A program made the translations under genes and the position numbers. Shown in pieces: positions 13,904 through 29,480 of a stretch of 64,000 nucleotides of DNA. Source of the stretch: Auanema rhodensis (lineage: Eukaryota; Animalia; Nematoda); NCBI GenBank assembly GCA_964057225.1, contig CAXKVF010000085.1, positions 239,303 through 303,302 on the forward strand, given 5' to 3'. Within the stretch, counting starts at the first letter, position 1. Every line of letters begins with the position of its first letter. The notes beneath the pieces were generated by a model. That model was not told the DNA's origin, did no database searches, and was given only the letters and a program-made list of their open reading frames with translations.

Positions 13904-16900
13904 TGTGCACTTGGTATGTAACTCGCTTCACGTGAAAGATAAAGAGATGCGGTTTTCAAAATTAGATTCCCCATGTCCATATTAGTCTAAAAACAAATTT
14001 TTATTGATATTGGTGCATGGTAACCATGACTTTGAAATTTACGTGAACTTTAATTTATGCTAATTAAATGTACACGTGATGTGCACTTGGTATGTAACTC
14101 GCTTCACGTGAAAGATAAAGAGATGCGGTTTTCAAAGTTAGATTCCCCATGTCCATATTAGTCTAAAAACGAATTTCTATTGATATTGGTGCATGGTAAC
14201 CACGACTTTGAAATTTACGTGAACTTTAATTTATGTTAATTAAATGTACACGTGATGTGCACTTGGTATGTAACTCGCTTCACGTGAAAGATAAAGAGAT
14301 GCGGTTTTCAAAATTAGATTCCCCATGTCCATATTAGTCTAAAAACAAATTTTTATTGATATTGGTTCATGGTAACCATGACTTTGAAATTTACGTGAAC
14401 TTTAATTTATGCTAATTAAATGTACACGTGATGTGCACTTGGTATGTAACTCGCTTCACGTGAAAGATAAAGAGATGCGGTTTTCAAAATTAGATTCCCC
14501 ATGTTCATATTAGTCTAAAAACAAATTTTTATTGATATTGGTGCATGGTAACCATGACTTTGAAATTTACGTGAACTTTAATTTATGCTAATTAAATGTA
14601 CACGTGATGTGCACTTGGTATGTAACTCGCTTCACGTGAAAGATAAAGAGATGCGGTTTTCAAAATTAGATTCCCCATGTCCATATTAGTCTAAAAACAA
14701 ATTTTTATTGATATTGGTACATGGTAACCATGACTTTGAAATTTACGTGAACTTTAATTTATGCTAATTAAATGTATACGTGATGTGCACTTGGTATGTA
14801 ACTCGCTTCACGTGAAAGATAAAGAGATGCGGTTTTCAAAATTAGATTCCCCATGTCCATATTAGTCTAAAAACAAATTTTTATTGATATTGGTGCATGG
14901 TAACCATGACTTTGAAATTTACGTGAACTTTAATTTATGCTAATTAAATGTACACGTGATGTGCACTTGGTATGTAACTCGCTTCACGTGAAAGATGAAG
15001 AGATGCGGTTTTCAAAATTAGATTCCCCATGTCCATATTAGTCTAAAAACAAATTTTTATTGATATTGGTGCATGGTAACCATGACTTTGAAATTTACGT
15101 GAACTTTAATTTATGCTAATTAAATGTACACGTGATGTGCACTTGGTATGTAACTCGCTTCACGTGAAAGATAAAGAGATGCGGTTTTCAAAATTAGATT
15201 CCCCATGTCCATATTAGTCTAAAAACAAATTTTTATTGATATTGGTACATGGTAACCATGACTTTGAAATTTACGTGAACTTTAATTTATGCTAATTAAA
15301 TGTATACGTGATGTGCACTTGGTATGTAACTCGCTTCACGTGAAAGATAAAGAGATGCGGTTTTCAAAATTAGATTCCCCATGTCCATATTAGTCTAAAA
15401 ACAAATTTTTATTGATATTGGTGCATGGTAACCATGACTTTGAAATTTACGTGAACTTTAATTTATGCTAATTAAATGTACACGTGATGTGCACTTGGTA
15501 TGTAACTCGCTTCACGTGAAAGATAAAGAGATGCGGTTTTCAAAATTAGATTCCCCATGTCCATATTAGTCTAAAAACAAATTTTTATTGATATTGGTAC
15601 ATGGTAACCATGACTTTGAAATTTACGTGAACTTTAATTTATGCTAATTAAATGTACACGTGATGTGCACTTGGTATGTAACTCGCTTCACGTGAAAGAT
15701 AAAGAGATGCGGTTTTCAAAATTAGATTCCCCATGTCCATATTAGTCTAAAAACAAATTTTTATTGATATTGGTTCATGGTAACCATGACTTTGAAATTT
15801 ACGTGAACTTTAATTTATGCTAATTAAATGTATACGTGATGTGCACTTGGTATGTAACTCGCTTCACGTGAAAGATAAAGAGATGCGGTTTTCGAAATTA
15901 GATTCCCCATGTCCATATTAGTCTAAAAACAAATTTTCATTGATATTGGTTCATGGTAACCATGACTTTGAAATTTACGTGAACTTTAATTTATGCTAAT
16001 TAAATGTACACGTGATGTGCACTTGGTATGTAACTCGCTTCACGTGAAAGATAAAGAGATGCGGTTTTCAAAATTAGATTCCCCATGTCCATATTAGTCT
16101 TAAAACAAATTTTTATTGATATTGGTTCATGGTAACCATGACTTTGAAATTTACGTGAACTTTAATTTATGCTAATTAAATGTACACGTGATGTGCACTT
16201 GGTATGTAACTCGCTTCACGTGAAAGATAAAGAGATGCGGTTTTCAAAATTAGATTCCCCATGTCCATATTAGTCTAAAAACAAATTTTTATTGATATTG
16301 GTGCATGGTAACCATGACTTTGAAATTTACGTGAACTTTAATTTATGCTAATTAAATGTACACGTGATGTGCACTTGGTATGTAACTCGCTTCACGTGAA
16401 AGATAAAGAGATGCGGTTTTCAAAATTAGATTCCCCATGTCCATATTAGTCTAAAAACAAATTTTTATTGATATTGGTTCATGGTAACCATGACTTTGAA
16501 ATTTACGTGAACTTTAATTTATGCTAATTAAATGTACACGTGATGTGCACTTGGTATGTAACTCGCTTCACGTGAAAGATAAAGAGATGCGGTTTTCAAA
16601 ATTAGATTCTCCATGTCCATATTAGTCTAAAAACAAATTTTTATTGATATTGGTTCATGGTAACCATGACTTTGAAATTTACGTGAACTTTAATTTATGC
16701 TAATTAAATGTACACGTGATGTGCACTTGGTATGTAACTCGCTTCACGTGAAAGATAAAGAGATGCGGTTTTCAAAATTAGATTCCCCATGTCCATATTA
16801 GTCTAAAAACAAATTTTTATTGATATTGGTTCATGGTAACCATGACTTTGAAATTTACGTGAACTTTAATTTATGCTAATTAAATGTACACGTGATGTAC

Positions 16901-19007
16901 ACTTGGTATGTAACTCGCTTCACGTGAAAGATAAAGAGATGCGGTTTTTAAAATTAGATTCCCCATGTCCATATTAGTCTTAAAACAAATTTTTATTGAT
17001 ATTGGTTCATGGTAACCATGATTTTGAAATTTACGTGAACTTTAATTTATGCTAATTAAATGTACACGTGATGTGCACTTGGTATGTAACTCGCTTCACG
17101 TGAAAGATAAAGAGATGCGGTTTTCAAAATTAGATTCCCCATGTCCATATTAGTCTAAAAACAAATTTTTATTGATATTAGTTCATGGTAACCATGACTT
17201 TGAAATTTACGTGAACTTTATTTTATGCTAATTAAATGTACACGTGATGTGCACTTGGTATGTAACTCGCTTCACGTGAAAGATAAAGAGATGCGGTTTT
17301 CAAAATTAGATTCCCCATGTCCATATTAGTCTAAAAACAAATTTTTATTGATATTGGTTCATGGTAACCATGACTTTGAAATTTACGTGAACTTTAATTT
17401 ATGCTAATTAAATGTACACGTGATGTGCACTTGGTATGTAACTCGCTTCACGTGAAAGATAAAGAGATGCGGTTTTCAAAATTAGATTCCCCATGTCCAT
17501 ATTAGTCTAAAAACAAATTTTTATTGATATTGGTTCATGGTAACCATGACTTTGAAATTTACGTGAACTTTAATTTATGCTAATTAAATGTACACGTGAT
17601 GTGCACTTGGTATGTAACTCGCTTCACGTGAAAGATAAAGAGATGCGGTTTTCAAAATTAGATTCCCCATGTCCATATTAGTCTAAAAACAAATTTTTAT
17701 TGATATTGGTGCATGGTAACCATGACTTTGAAATTTACGTGAACTTTAATTTATGCTAATTAAATGTACACGTGATGTGCACTTGGTATGTAACTCGCTT
17801 CACGTGAAAGATAAAGAGATGCGGTACTCAAAATTAGATTCCCCATGTCCATATTAGTCTAAAAACAAATTTTTATTGATATTGGTTCATGGTAACCATG
17901 ACTTTGAAATTTACGTGAACTTTAATTTATGCTAATTAAATGTACACGTGATGTGCACTTGGTATGTAACTCGCTTCACGTGAAAGATAAAGAGATGCGG
18001 TTTTCAAAATTAGATTCCCCATGTCCATATTAGTCTAAAAACAAATTTTTATTGATATTGGTTCATGGTAACCATGACTTTGAAATTTACGTGAACTTTA
18101 ATTTATGCTAATTAAATGTACACGTGATGTGCACTTGGTATGTAACTCGCTTCACGTGAAAGATAAAGAGATGCGGTTTTCAAAATTAGATTCCCCATGT
18201 CCATATTAGTCTAAAAACAAATTTTTATTGATATTGGTTCATGGTAACCATGACTATGAAATTTACGTGAACTTTAATTTATGCTAATTAAATGTACACG
18301 TGATGTGCACTTGGTATGTAACTCGCTTCACGTGAAAGATAAAGAGATGCGGTTTTCAAAATTAGATTCCCCATGTCCATATTAGTCTAAAAACAAATTT
18401 TTATTGATATTGGTTCATGGTAACCATGACTTTGAAATTTACGTGAACTTTAATTTATGCTAATTAAATGTATACGTGATGTGCACTTGGTATGTAACTC
18501 GCTTCACGTGAAAGATAAAGAGATGCGGTTTTCAAAATTAGATTCCCCATGTCCATATTAGTCTAAAAACAAATTTTTATTGATATTGGTTCATGGTAAC
18601 CATGACTTTGAAATTTACGTGAACTTTAATTTATGCTAATTAAATGTACACGTGATGTGCACTTGGTATGTAACTCGCTTCACGTGAAAGATAAAGAGAT
18701 GCGGTTTTCAAAATTAGATTCCCCATGTCCATATTAGTCTAAAAACAAATTTTTATTGATATTGGTGCATGGTAACCATGACTTTGAAATTTACGTGAAC
18801 TTTAATTTATGCTAATTAAATGTACACGTGATGTGCACTTGGTATGTAACTCGCTTCACGTGAAAGATAAAGAGATGCGGTTTTCAAAATTAGATTCCCC
18901 ATGTCCATATTAGTCTAAAAACAAATTTTTATTGATATTGGTTCATGGTAACCATGACTTTGAAATTTACGTGAACTTTAATTTATGCTAATTAAATGTA
19001 CACGTGA

Positions 19008-22000
19008 TGTGCACTTGGTATGTAACTCGCTTCACGTGAAAGATAAAGAGATGCGGTTTTCAAAATTAGATTCCCCATGTCCATATTAGTCTAAAAACAA
19101 ATTTTTATTGATATTGGTTCATGGTAACCATGACTTTGAAATTTACGTGAACTTTAATTAATGCTAATTAAATGTACACGTGATGTGCACTTGGTATGTA
19201 ACTCGCTTCACGTGAAAGATAAAGAGATGCGGTTTTCAAAATTAGATTCCCCATGTCCATATTAGTCTAAAAACAAATTTTTATTGATATTGGTTCATGG
19301 TAACCATGACTTTGAAATTTACGTGAACTTTAATTTATGCTAATTAAATGTACACGTGATGTGCACTTGGTATGTAACTCGCTTCACGTGAAAGATAAAG
19401 AGATGCGGTTTTCAAAATTAGATTCCCCATGTCCATATTAGTCTTAAAACAAATTTTTATTGATATTGGTTCATGGTAACCATGACTTTGAAATTTACGT
19501 GAACTTTAATTTATGCTAATTAAATGTACACGTGATGTGCACTTGGTATGTAACTCGCTTCACGTGAAAGATAAAGAGATGCGGTTTTCAAAATTAGATT
19601 CCCCATGTCCATATTAGTCTAAAAACAAATTTTTATTGATATTAGTTCATGGTAACCATGACTTTGAAATTTACGTGAACTTTAATTTATGCTAATTAAA
19701 TGTACACGTGATGTGCACTTGGTATGTAACTCGCTTCACGTGAAAGATGAAGAGATGCGGTTTTCAAAATTAGATTCCCCATGTCCATATTAGTCTAAAA
19801 ACAAATTTTTATTGATATTGGTGCATGGTAACCATGACTTTGAAATTTACGTGAACTTTAATTTATGCTAATTAAATGTACACGTGATGTGCACTTGGTA
19901 TGTAACTCGCTTCACGTGAAAGATAAAGAGATGCGGTTTTCAAAATTAGATTCCCCATGTCCATATTAGTCTAAAAACAAATTTTTATTGATATTGGTAC
20001 ATGGTAACCATGACTTTGAAATTTACGTGAACTTTAATTTATGCTAATTAAATGTATACGTGATGTGCACTTGGTATGTAACTCGCTTCACGTGAAAGAT
20101 AAAGAGATGCGGTTTTCAAAATTAGATTCCCCATGTCCATATTAGTCTAAAAACAAATTTTTATTGATATTGGTGCATGGTAACCATGACTTTGAAATTT
20201 ACGTGAACTTTAATTTATGCTAATTAAATGTACACGTGATGTGCACTTGGTATGTAACTCGCTTCACGTGAAAGATAAAGAGATGCGGTTTTCAAAATTA
20301 GATTCCCCATGTCCATATTAGTCTAAAAACAAATTTTTATTGATATTGGTACATGGTAACCATGACTTTGAAATTTACGTGAACTTTAATTTATGCTAAT
20401 TAAATGTATACGTGATGTGCACTTGGTATGTAACTCGCTTCACGTGAAAGATAAAGAGATGCGGTTTTCAAAATTAGATTCCCCATGTCCATATTAGTCT
20501 AAAAACAAATTTTTATTGATATTGGTTCATGGTAACCATGACTTTGAAATTTACGTGAACTTTAATTTATGCTAATTAAATGTATACGTGATGTGCACTT
20601 GGTATGTAACTCGCTTCACGTGAAAGATAAAGAGATGCGGTTTTCAAAATTAGATTCCCCATGTCCATATTAGTCTAAAAACAAATTTTCATTGATATTG
20701 GTTCATGGTAACCATGACTTTGAAATTTACGTGAACTTTAATTTATGCTAATTAAATGTACACGTGATGTGCACTTGGTATGTAACTCGCTTCACGTGAA
20801 AGATAAAGAGATGCGGTTTTCAAAATTAGATTCCCCATGTCCATATTAGTCTAAAAACAAATTTTTATTGATATTGGTTCATGGTAACCATGACTTTGAA
20901 ATTTACGTGAACTTTAATTAATGCTAATTAAATGTACACGTGATGTGCACTTGGTATGTAACTCGCTTCACGTGAAAGATAAAGAGATGCGGTTTTCAAA
21001 ATTAGATTCCCCATGTCCATATTAGTCTAAAAACAAATTTTTATTGATATTGCTTCATGGTAACCATGACTTTGAAATTTACGTGAACTTTAATTTATGC
21101 TAATTAAATGTACACGTGATGTGCACTTGGCATGTAACTCGCTTCACGTGAAAGATAAAGAGATGCGGTTTTCAAAATTAGATTCCCCATGTCCATATTA
21201 GTCTAAAAACAAATTTTTATTGATATTGGTGCATGGTAACCATGACTTTGAATTTTACGTGAACTTTAATTTATGCTAATTAAATGTACACGTGATGTGC
21301 ACTTGGTATGTCACTCGCTTCACGTGAAAGATAAAGAGATGCGGTTTTCAATATTAGATTCCCCATGTCCATATTAGTCTAAAAACAAATTTTTATTGAT
21401 ATTGGTTCATGGTAACCATGACTTTGAAATTTACGTGAACTTTAATTTATGCTAATTAAATGTACACGTGATGTGCACTTGGTATGTTACTCGCTTCACG
21501 TGAAAGATAAAGAGATGCGGTTTTCAAAATTAGATTCCCCATGTCCATATTAGTCTAAAAACAAATTTTTATTGATATTGGTGCATGGTAACCATGACTT
21601 TGAAATTTACGTGAACTTTAATTTATGCTAATTAAATGTACACGTGATGTGCACTTGGTATGTAACTCGCTTCACGTGAAAGATAAAGAGATGCGGTTTT
21701 CAAAATTAGATTCCCCATGTCCATATTAGTCTAAAAACAAATTTTTATTGATATTGGTTCATGGTAACCATGACTTTGAAATTTACGTGAACTTTAATTT
21801 ATGCTAATTAAATGTACACGTGATGTGCACTTGGTATGTAACTCGCTTCACGTGAAAGATAAAGAGATGCGGTTTTCAAAATTAGATTCCCCATGTCCAT
21901 ATTAGTCTAAAAACAAATTTTTATTGATATTGGTGCATGGTAACCATGACTTTGAAATTTACGTGAACTTTAATTTATGCTAATTAAATGTACACGTGAT

Positions 22001-25000
22001 GTGCACTTGGTATGTAACTCGCTTCACGTGAAAGATGAAGAGATGCGGTTTCCAAAATTAGATTCCCCATGTCCATATTAGTCTAAAAACAAATTTTTAT
22101 TGATATTGGTGCATGGTAACCATGACTTTGAAATTTACGTGAACTTTAATTTATGCTAATTAAATGTACACGTGATGTGCACTTGGTATGTAACTCGCTT
22201 CACGTGAAAGATAAAGAGATGCGGTTTTCAAAATTAGATTCCCCATGTCCATATTAGTCTAAAAACAAATTTTTATTGATATTGGTTCATGGTAACCATG
22301 ACTTTGAAATTTACGTGAACTTTAATTTATGCTAATTAAATGTACACGTGATGTGCACTTGGTATGTAACTCGCTTCACGTGAAAGATAAAGAGATGCGG
22401 TTTTCAAAATTAGATTCCCCATGTCCATATTAGTCTAAAAACAAATTTTTATTGATATTGGTTCATGGTAACCATGACTTTGAAATTTACGTGAACTTTA
22501 ATTAATGCTAATTAAATGTACACGTGATGTGCACTTGGTATGTAACTCGCTTCACGTGAAAGATAAAGAGATGCGGTTTTCAAAATTAGATTCCCCATGT
22601 CCATATTAGTCTAAAAACAAATTTTTATTGATATTGGTTCATGGTAACCATGACTTTGAAATTTACGTGAACTTTAATTAATGCTAATTAAATGTACACG
22701 TGATGTGCACTTGGTATGTAACTCGCTTCACGTGAAAGATAAAGAGATGCGGTTTTCAAAATTAGATTCCCCATGTCCATATTAGTCTAAAAACAAATTT
22801 TTATTGATATTGGTTCATGGTAACCATGACTTTGAAATTTACGTGAACTTTAATTAATGCTAATTAAATGTACACGTGATGTGCACTTGGTATGTAACTC
22901 GCTTCACGTGAAAGATAAAGAGATGCGGTTTTCAAAATTAGATTCCCCATGTCCATATTAGTCTAAAAACAAATTTTTATTGATATTGGTTCATGGTAAC
23001 CATGACTTTGAAATTTACGTGAACTTTAATTTATGCTAATTAAATGTACACGTGATGTGCACTTGGTATGTAACTCGCTTCACGTGAAAGATAAAGAGAT
23101 GCGGTTTTCAAAATTAGATTCCCCATGTCCATATTAGTCTTAAAACAAATTTTTATTGATATTGGTTCATGGTAACCATGACTTTGAAATTTACGTGAAC
23201 TTTAATTTATGCTAATTAAATGTACACGTGATGTGCACTTGGTATGTAACTCGCTTCACGTGAAAGATAAAGAGATGCGGTTTTCAAAATTAGATTCCCC
23301 ATGTCCATATTAGTCTAAAAACAAATTTTTATTGATATTAGTTCATGGTAACCATGACTTTGAAATTTACGTGAACTTTAATTTATGCTAATTAAATGTA
23401 CACGTGATGTGCACTTGGTATGTAACTCGCTTCACGTGAAAGATGAAGAGATGCGGTTTTCAAAATTAGATTCCCCATGTCCATATTAGTCTAAAAACAA
23501 ATTTTTATTGATATTGGTGCATGGTAACCATGACTTTGAAATTTACGTGAACTTTAATTTATGCTAATTAAATGTACACGTGATGTGCACTTGGTATGTA
23601 ACTCGCTTCACGTGAAAGATAAAGAGATGCGGTTTTCAAAATTAGATTCCCCATGTCCATATTAGTCTAAAAACAAATTTTTATTGATATTGGTACATGG
23701 TAACCATGACTTTGAAATTTACGTGAACTTTAATTTATGCTAATTAAATGTATACGTGATGTGCACTTGGTATGTAACTCGCTTCACGTGAAAGATAAAG
23801 AGATGCGGTTTTCAAAATTAGATTCCCCATGTCCATATTAGTCTAAAAACAAATTTTTATTGATATTGGTGCATGGTAACCATGACTTTGAAATTTACGT
23901 GAACTTTAATTTATGCTAATTAAATGTACACGTGATGTGCACTTGGTATGTAACTCGCTTCACGTGAAAGATAAAGAGATGCGGTTTTCAAAATTAGATT
24001 CCCCATGTCCATATTAGTCTAAAAACAAATTTTTATTGATATTGGTACATGGTAACCATGACTTTGAAATTTACGTGAACTTTAATTTATGCTAATTAAA
24101 TGTATACGTGATGTGCACTTGGTATGTAACTCGCTTCACGTGAAAGATAAAGAGATGCGGTTTTCAAAATTAGATTCCCCATGTCCATATTAGTCTAAAA
24201 ACAAATTTTTATTGATATTGGTTCATGGTAACCATGACTTTGAAATTTACGTGAACTTTAATTTATGCTAATTAAATGTATACGTGATGTGCACTTGGTA
24301 TGTAACTCGCTTCACGTGAAAGATAAAGAGATGCGGTTTTCAAAATTAGATTCCCCATGTCCATATTAGTCTAAAAACAAATTTTCATTGATATTGGTTC
24401 ATGGTAACCATGACTTTGAAATTTACGTGAACTTTAATTTATGCTAATTAAATGTACACGTGATGTGCACTTGGTATGTAACTCGCTTCACGTGAAAGAT
24501 AAAGAGATGCGGTTTTCAAAATTAGATTCCCCATGTCCATATTAGTCTAAAAACAAATTTTTATTGATATTGGTTCATGGTAACCATGACTTTGAAATTT
24601 ACGTGAACTTTAATTAATGCTAATTAAATGTACACGTGATGTGCACTTGGTATGTAACTCGCTTCACGTGAAAGATAAAGAGATGCGGTTTTCAAAATTA
24701 GATTCCCCATGTCCATATTAGTCTAAAAACAAATTTTTATTGATATTGCTTCATGGTAACCATGACTTTGAAATTTACGTGAACTTTAATTTATGCTAAT
24801 TAAATGTACACGTGATGTGCACTTGGCATGTAACTCGCTTCACGTGAAAGATAAAGAGATGCGGTTTTCAAAATTAGATTCCCCATGTCCATATTAGTCT
24901 AAAAACAAATTTTTATTGATATTGGTGCATGGTAACCATGACTTTGAATTTTACGTGAACTTTAATTTATGCTAATTAAATGTACACGTGATGTGCACTT

Positions 25001-26575
25001 GGTATGTAACTCGCTTCACGTGAAAGATAAAGAGATGCGGTTTTCAAAATTAGATTCCCCATGTCCATATTAGTCTAAAAACAAATTTTTATTGATATTG
25101 GTGCATGGTAACCATGACTTTGAATTTTACGTGAACTTTAATTTATGCTAATTAAATGTACACGTGATGTGCACTTGGTATGTCACTCGCTTCACGTGAA
25201 AGATAAAGAGATGCGGTTTTCAATATTAGATTCCCCATGTCCATATTAGTCTAAAAACAAATTTTTATTGATATTGGTTCATGGTAACCATGACTTTGAA
25301 ATTTACGTGAACTTTAATTTATGCTAATTAAATGTACACGTGATGTGCACTTGGTATGTAACTCGCTTCACGTGAAAGATAAAGAGATGCGGTTTTCAAA
25401 ATTAGATTCCCCATGTCCATATTAGTCTAAAAACAAATTTTTATTGATATTGGTGCATGGTAACCATGACTTTGAAATTTACGTGAACTTTAATTTATGC
25501 TAATTAAATGTACACGTGATGTGCACTTGGTATGTAACTCGCTTCACGTGAAAGATAAAGAGATGCGGTTTTCAAAATTAGATTCCCCATGTCCATATTA
25601 GTCTAAAAACAAATTTTTATTGATATTGGTTCATGGTAACCATGACTTTGAAATTTACGTGAACTTTAATTTATGCTAATTAAATGTACACGTGATGTGC
25701 ACTTGGTATGTAACTCGCTTCACGTGAAAGATAAAGAGATGCGGTTTTCAAAATTAGATTCCCCATGTCCATATTAGTCTAAAAACAAATTTTTATTGAT
25801 ATTGGTGCATGGTAACCATGACTTTGAAATTTACGTGAACTTTAATTTATGCTAATTAAATGTACACGTGATGTGCACTTGGTATGTAACTCGCTTCACG
25901 TGAAAGATGAAGAGATGCGGTTTCCAAAATTAGATTCCCCATGTCCATATTAGTCTAAAAACAAATTTTTATTGATATTGGTTCATGGTAACCATGACTT
26001 TGAAATTTACGTGAACTTTAATTTATGCTAATTAAATGTACACGTGATGTGCACTTGGTATGTAACTCGCTTCACGTGAAAGATAAAGAGATGCGGTTTT
26101 CAAAATTAGATTCCCCATGTCCATATTAGTCTAAAAACAAATTTTTATTGATATTGGTTCATGGTAACCATGACTTTGAAATTTACGTGAACTTTAATTT
26201 ATGCTAATTAAATGTACACGTGATGTGCACTTGGTATGTAACTCGCTTCACGTGAAAGATAAAGAGATGCGGTTTTCAAAATTAGATTCCCCATGTCCAT
26301 ATTAGTCTAAAAACAAATTTTTATTGATATTGGTTCATGGTAACCATGACTTTGAAATTTACGTGAACTTTAATTAATGCTAATTAAATGTACACGTGAT
26401 GTGCACTTGGTATGTAACTCGCTTCACGTGAAAGATAAAGAGATGCGGTTTTCAAAATTAGATTCCCCATGTCCATATTAGTCTAAAAACAAATTTTTAT
26501 TGATATTGGTTCATGGTAACCATGACTTTGAAATTTACGTGAACTTTAATTAATGCTAATTAAATGTACACGTGA
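19008..26575. repeat. 21-mer higher-order repeat, 2 copies (3696 bp; second copy has 22 monomers)
   Basis: Rare markers A86T, G109A, G112A+C170T (x2), T99C, G110C and T12C+A134T recur at +3696 bp. After an extra A134T monomer at 24992, markers A17C+A57T and A38G+T53C recur at +3872 bp. Confidence 0.9.
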
Positions 26576-27455
26576 TGTGCACTTGGTATGTAACTCGCTT
26601 CACGTGAAAGATAAAGAGATGCGGTTTTCAAAATTAGATTCCCCATGTCCATATTAGTCTAAAAACAAATTTTTATTGATATTGGTGCATGGTAACCATG
26701 ACTTTGAAATTTACGTGAACTTTAATTTATGCTAATTAAATGTACACGTGATGTGCACTTGGTATGTAACTCGCTTCACGTGAAAGATAAAGAGATGCGG
26801 TTTTCAAAATTAGATTCCCCATGTCCATATTAGTCTAAAAACAAATTTTTATTGATATTGGTGCATGGTAACCATGACTTTGAAATTTACGTGAACTTTA
26901 ATTTATGCTAATTAAATGTACACGTGATGTGCACTTGGTATGTAACTCTCTTCACGTGAAAGATAAAGAGATGCGGTTTTCAAAATTAGATTCCCCATGT
27001 CCATATTAGTCTAAAAACAAATTTTTATTGATATTGGTTCATGGTAACCATGACTTTGAAATTTACGTGAACTTTAATTTATGCTAATTAAATGTACACG
27101 TGATGTGCACTTGGTATGTAACTCGCTTCACGTGAAAGATAAAGAGATGCGGTTTTCAAAATTAGATTCCCCATGTCCATATTAGTCTAAAAACAAATTT
27201 TTATTGATGTTGGTGCATGGTAACCATGACTTTGAAATTTACGTGAACTTTAATTTATGCTAATTAAATGTACACGTGATGTGCACTTGGTATGTAACTC
27301 GCTTCACGTGAAAGATAAAGAGATGCGGTTTTCAAAATTAGATTCCCCATGTCCATATTAGTCAAAAAACAAATTTTTATTGATGTTGGTGCATGGTAAC
27401 CATGACTTTGAAATTTACGTGAACTTTAATTTATGCTAATTAAATGTACACGTGA

Positions 27456-27544
27456 TGTGCACTTGGTATGTAACTCGCTTCACGTGAAAGATAACGAGAA
27501 AATTTACGTGAACTTTAATTTATGCTAATTAAATGTACACGTGA
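27456..27544. repeat. Truncated 89-bp monomer (net 87-bp internal deletion, monomer positions 45-131; also A40C)
   Basis: Junction reads GATAACGAGA|AAATTTACGTGAAC at 27499/27500; the next monomer starts at 27545. Confidence 0.97.
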
Positions 27545-29480
27545 TGTGCACTTGGTATGTAACTCGCTTCACGTGAAAGATAAAGAGATGCGGTTTTCAA
27601 AATTAGATTCCCCATGTCCATATTAGTCTAAAAACAAATTTTTATTGATATTAGTTCATGGTAACCATGACTTTGAAATTTACGTGAACTTTAATTTATG
27701 CTAATTAAATGTACACGTGATGTGCACTTGGTATGTAACTCGCTTCACGTGAAAGATAAAGAGATGCGGTTTTCAAAATTAGATTCCCCATGTCCATATT
27801 AGTCTAAAAACAAATTTTTATTGATATTGGTTCATGGTAACCATGACTTTGAAATTTACGTGAACTTTAATTAATGCTAATTAAATGTACACGTGATGTG
27901 CACTTGGTATGTAACTCGCTTCACGTGAAAGATAAAGAGATGCGGTTTTCAAAATTAGATTCCCCATGTCCATATTAGTCTAAAAACAAATTTTTATTGA
28001 TATTGCTTTATGGTAACCATGACTTTGAAATTTACGTGAACTTTAATTTATGCTAATTAAATGTACACGTGATGTGCACTTGGTATGTAACTCGCTTCAC
28101 GTGAAAGATAAAGAGATGCGGTTTTCAAAATTAGATTCCCCATGTCCATATTAGTCTAAAAACAAATTTTTATTGATATTGGTTCATGGTAACCATGACT
28201 TTGAAATTTACGTGAACTTTAATTTATGCTAATTAAATGTACACGTGATGTGCACTTGGTATGTAACTCGCTTCACGTGAAAGATAAAGAGATGCGGTTT
28301 TCAAAATTAGATTCCCCATGTCCATATTAGTCTAAAAACAAATTTTTATTGATATTGGTTCATGGTAACCATGACTTTGAAATTTACGTGAACTTTAATT
28401 AATGCTAATTAAATGTACACGTGATGTGCACTTGGTATGTAACTCGCTTCACGTGAAAGATAAAGAGATGCGGTTTTCAAAATTAGATTCCCCATGTCCA
28501 TATTAGTCTAAAAACAAATTTTTATTGATATTGGTTCATGGTAACCATGACTTTGAAATTTACGTGAACTTTAATTAATGCTAATTAAATGTACACGTGA
28601 TGTGCACTTGGTATGTAACTCGCTTCACGTGAAAGATAAAGAGATGCGGTTTTCAAAATTAGATTCCCCATGTCCATATTAGTCTAAAAACAAATTTTTA
28701 TTGATATTGGTGCATGGTAACCATGACTTTGAAATTTACGTGAACTTTAATTTATGCTAATTAAATGTACACGTGATGTGCACTTGGTATGTAACTCGCT
28801 TCACGTGAAAGATAAAGAGATGCGGTTTTCAAAATTAGATTCCCCATGTCCATATTAGTCTAAAAACAAATTTTTATTGATATTGGTGCATGGTAACCAT
28901 GACTTTGAAATTTACGTGAACTTTAATTTATGCTAATTAAATGTACACGTGATGTGCACTTGGTATGTAACTCTCTTCACGTGAAAGATAAAGAGATGCG
29001 GTTTTCAAAATTAGATTCCCCATGTCCATATTAGTCTAAAAACAAATTTTTATTGATATTGGTTCATGGTAACCATGACTTTGAAATTTACGTGAACTTT
29101 AATTTATGCTAATTAAATGTACACGTGATGTGCACTTGGTATGTAACTCGCTTCACGTGAAAGATAAAGAGATGCGGTTTTCAAAATTAGATTCCCCATG
29201 TCCATATTAGTCTAAAAACAAATTTTTATTGATGTTGGTGCATGGTAACCATGACTTTGAAATTTACGTGAACTTTAATTTATGCTAATTAAATGTACAC
29301 GTGATGTGCACTTGGTATGTAACTCGCTTCACGTGAAAGATAAAGAGATGCGGTTTTCAAAATTAGATTCCCCATGTCCATATTAGTCAAAAAACAAATT
29401 TTTATTGATGTTGGTGCATGGTAACCATGACTTTGAAATTTACGTGAACTTTAATTTATGCTAATTAAATGTACACGTGA

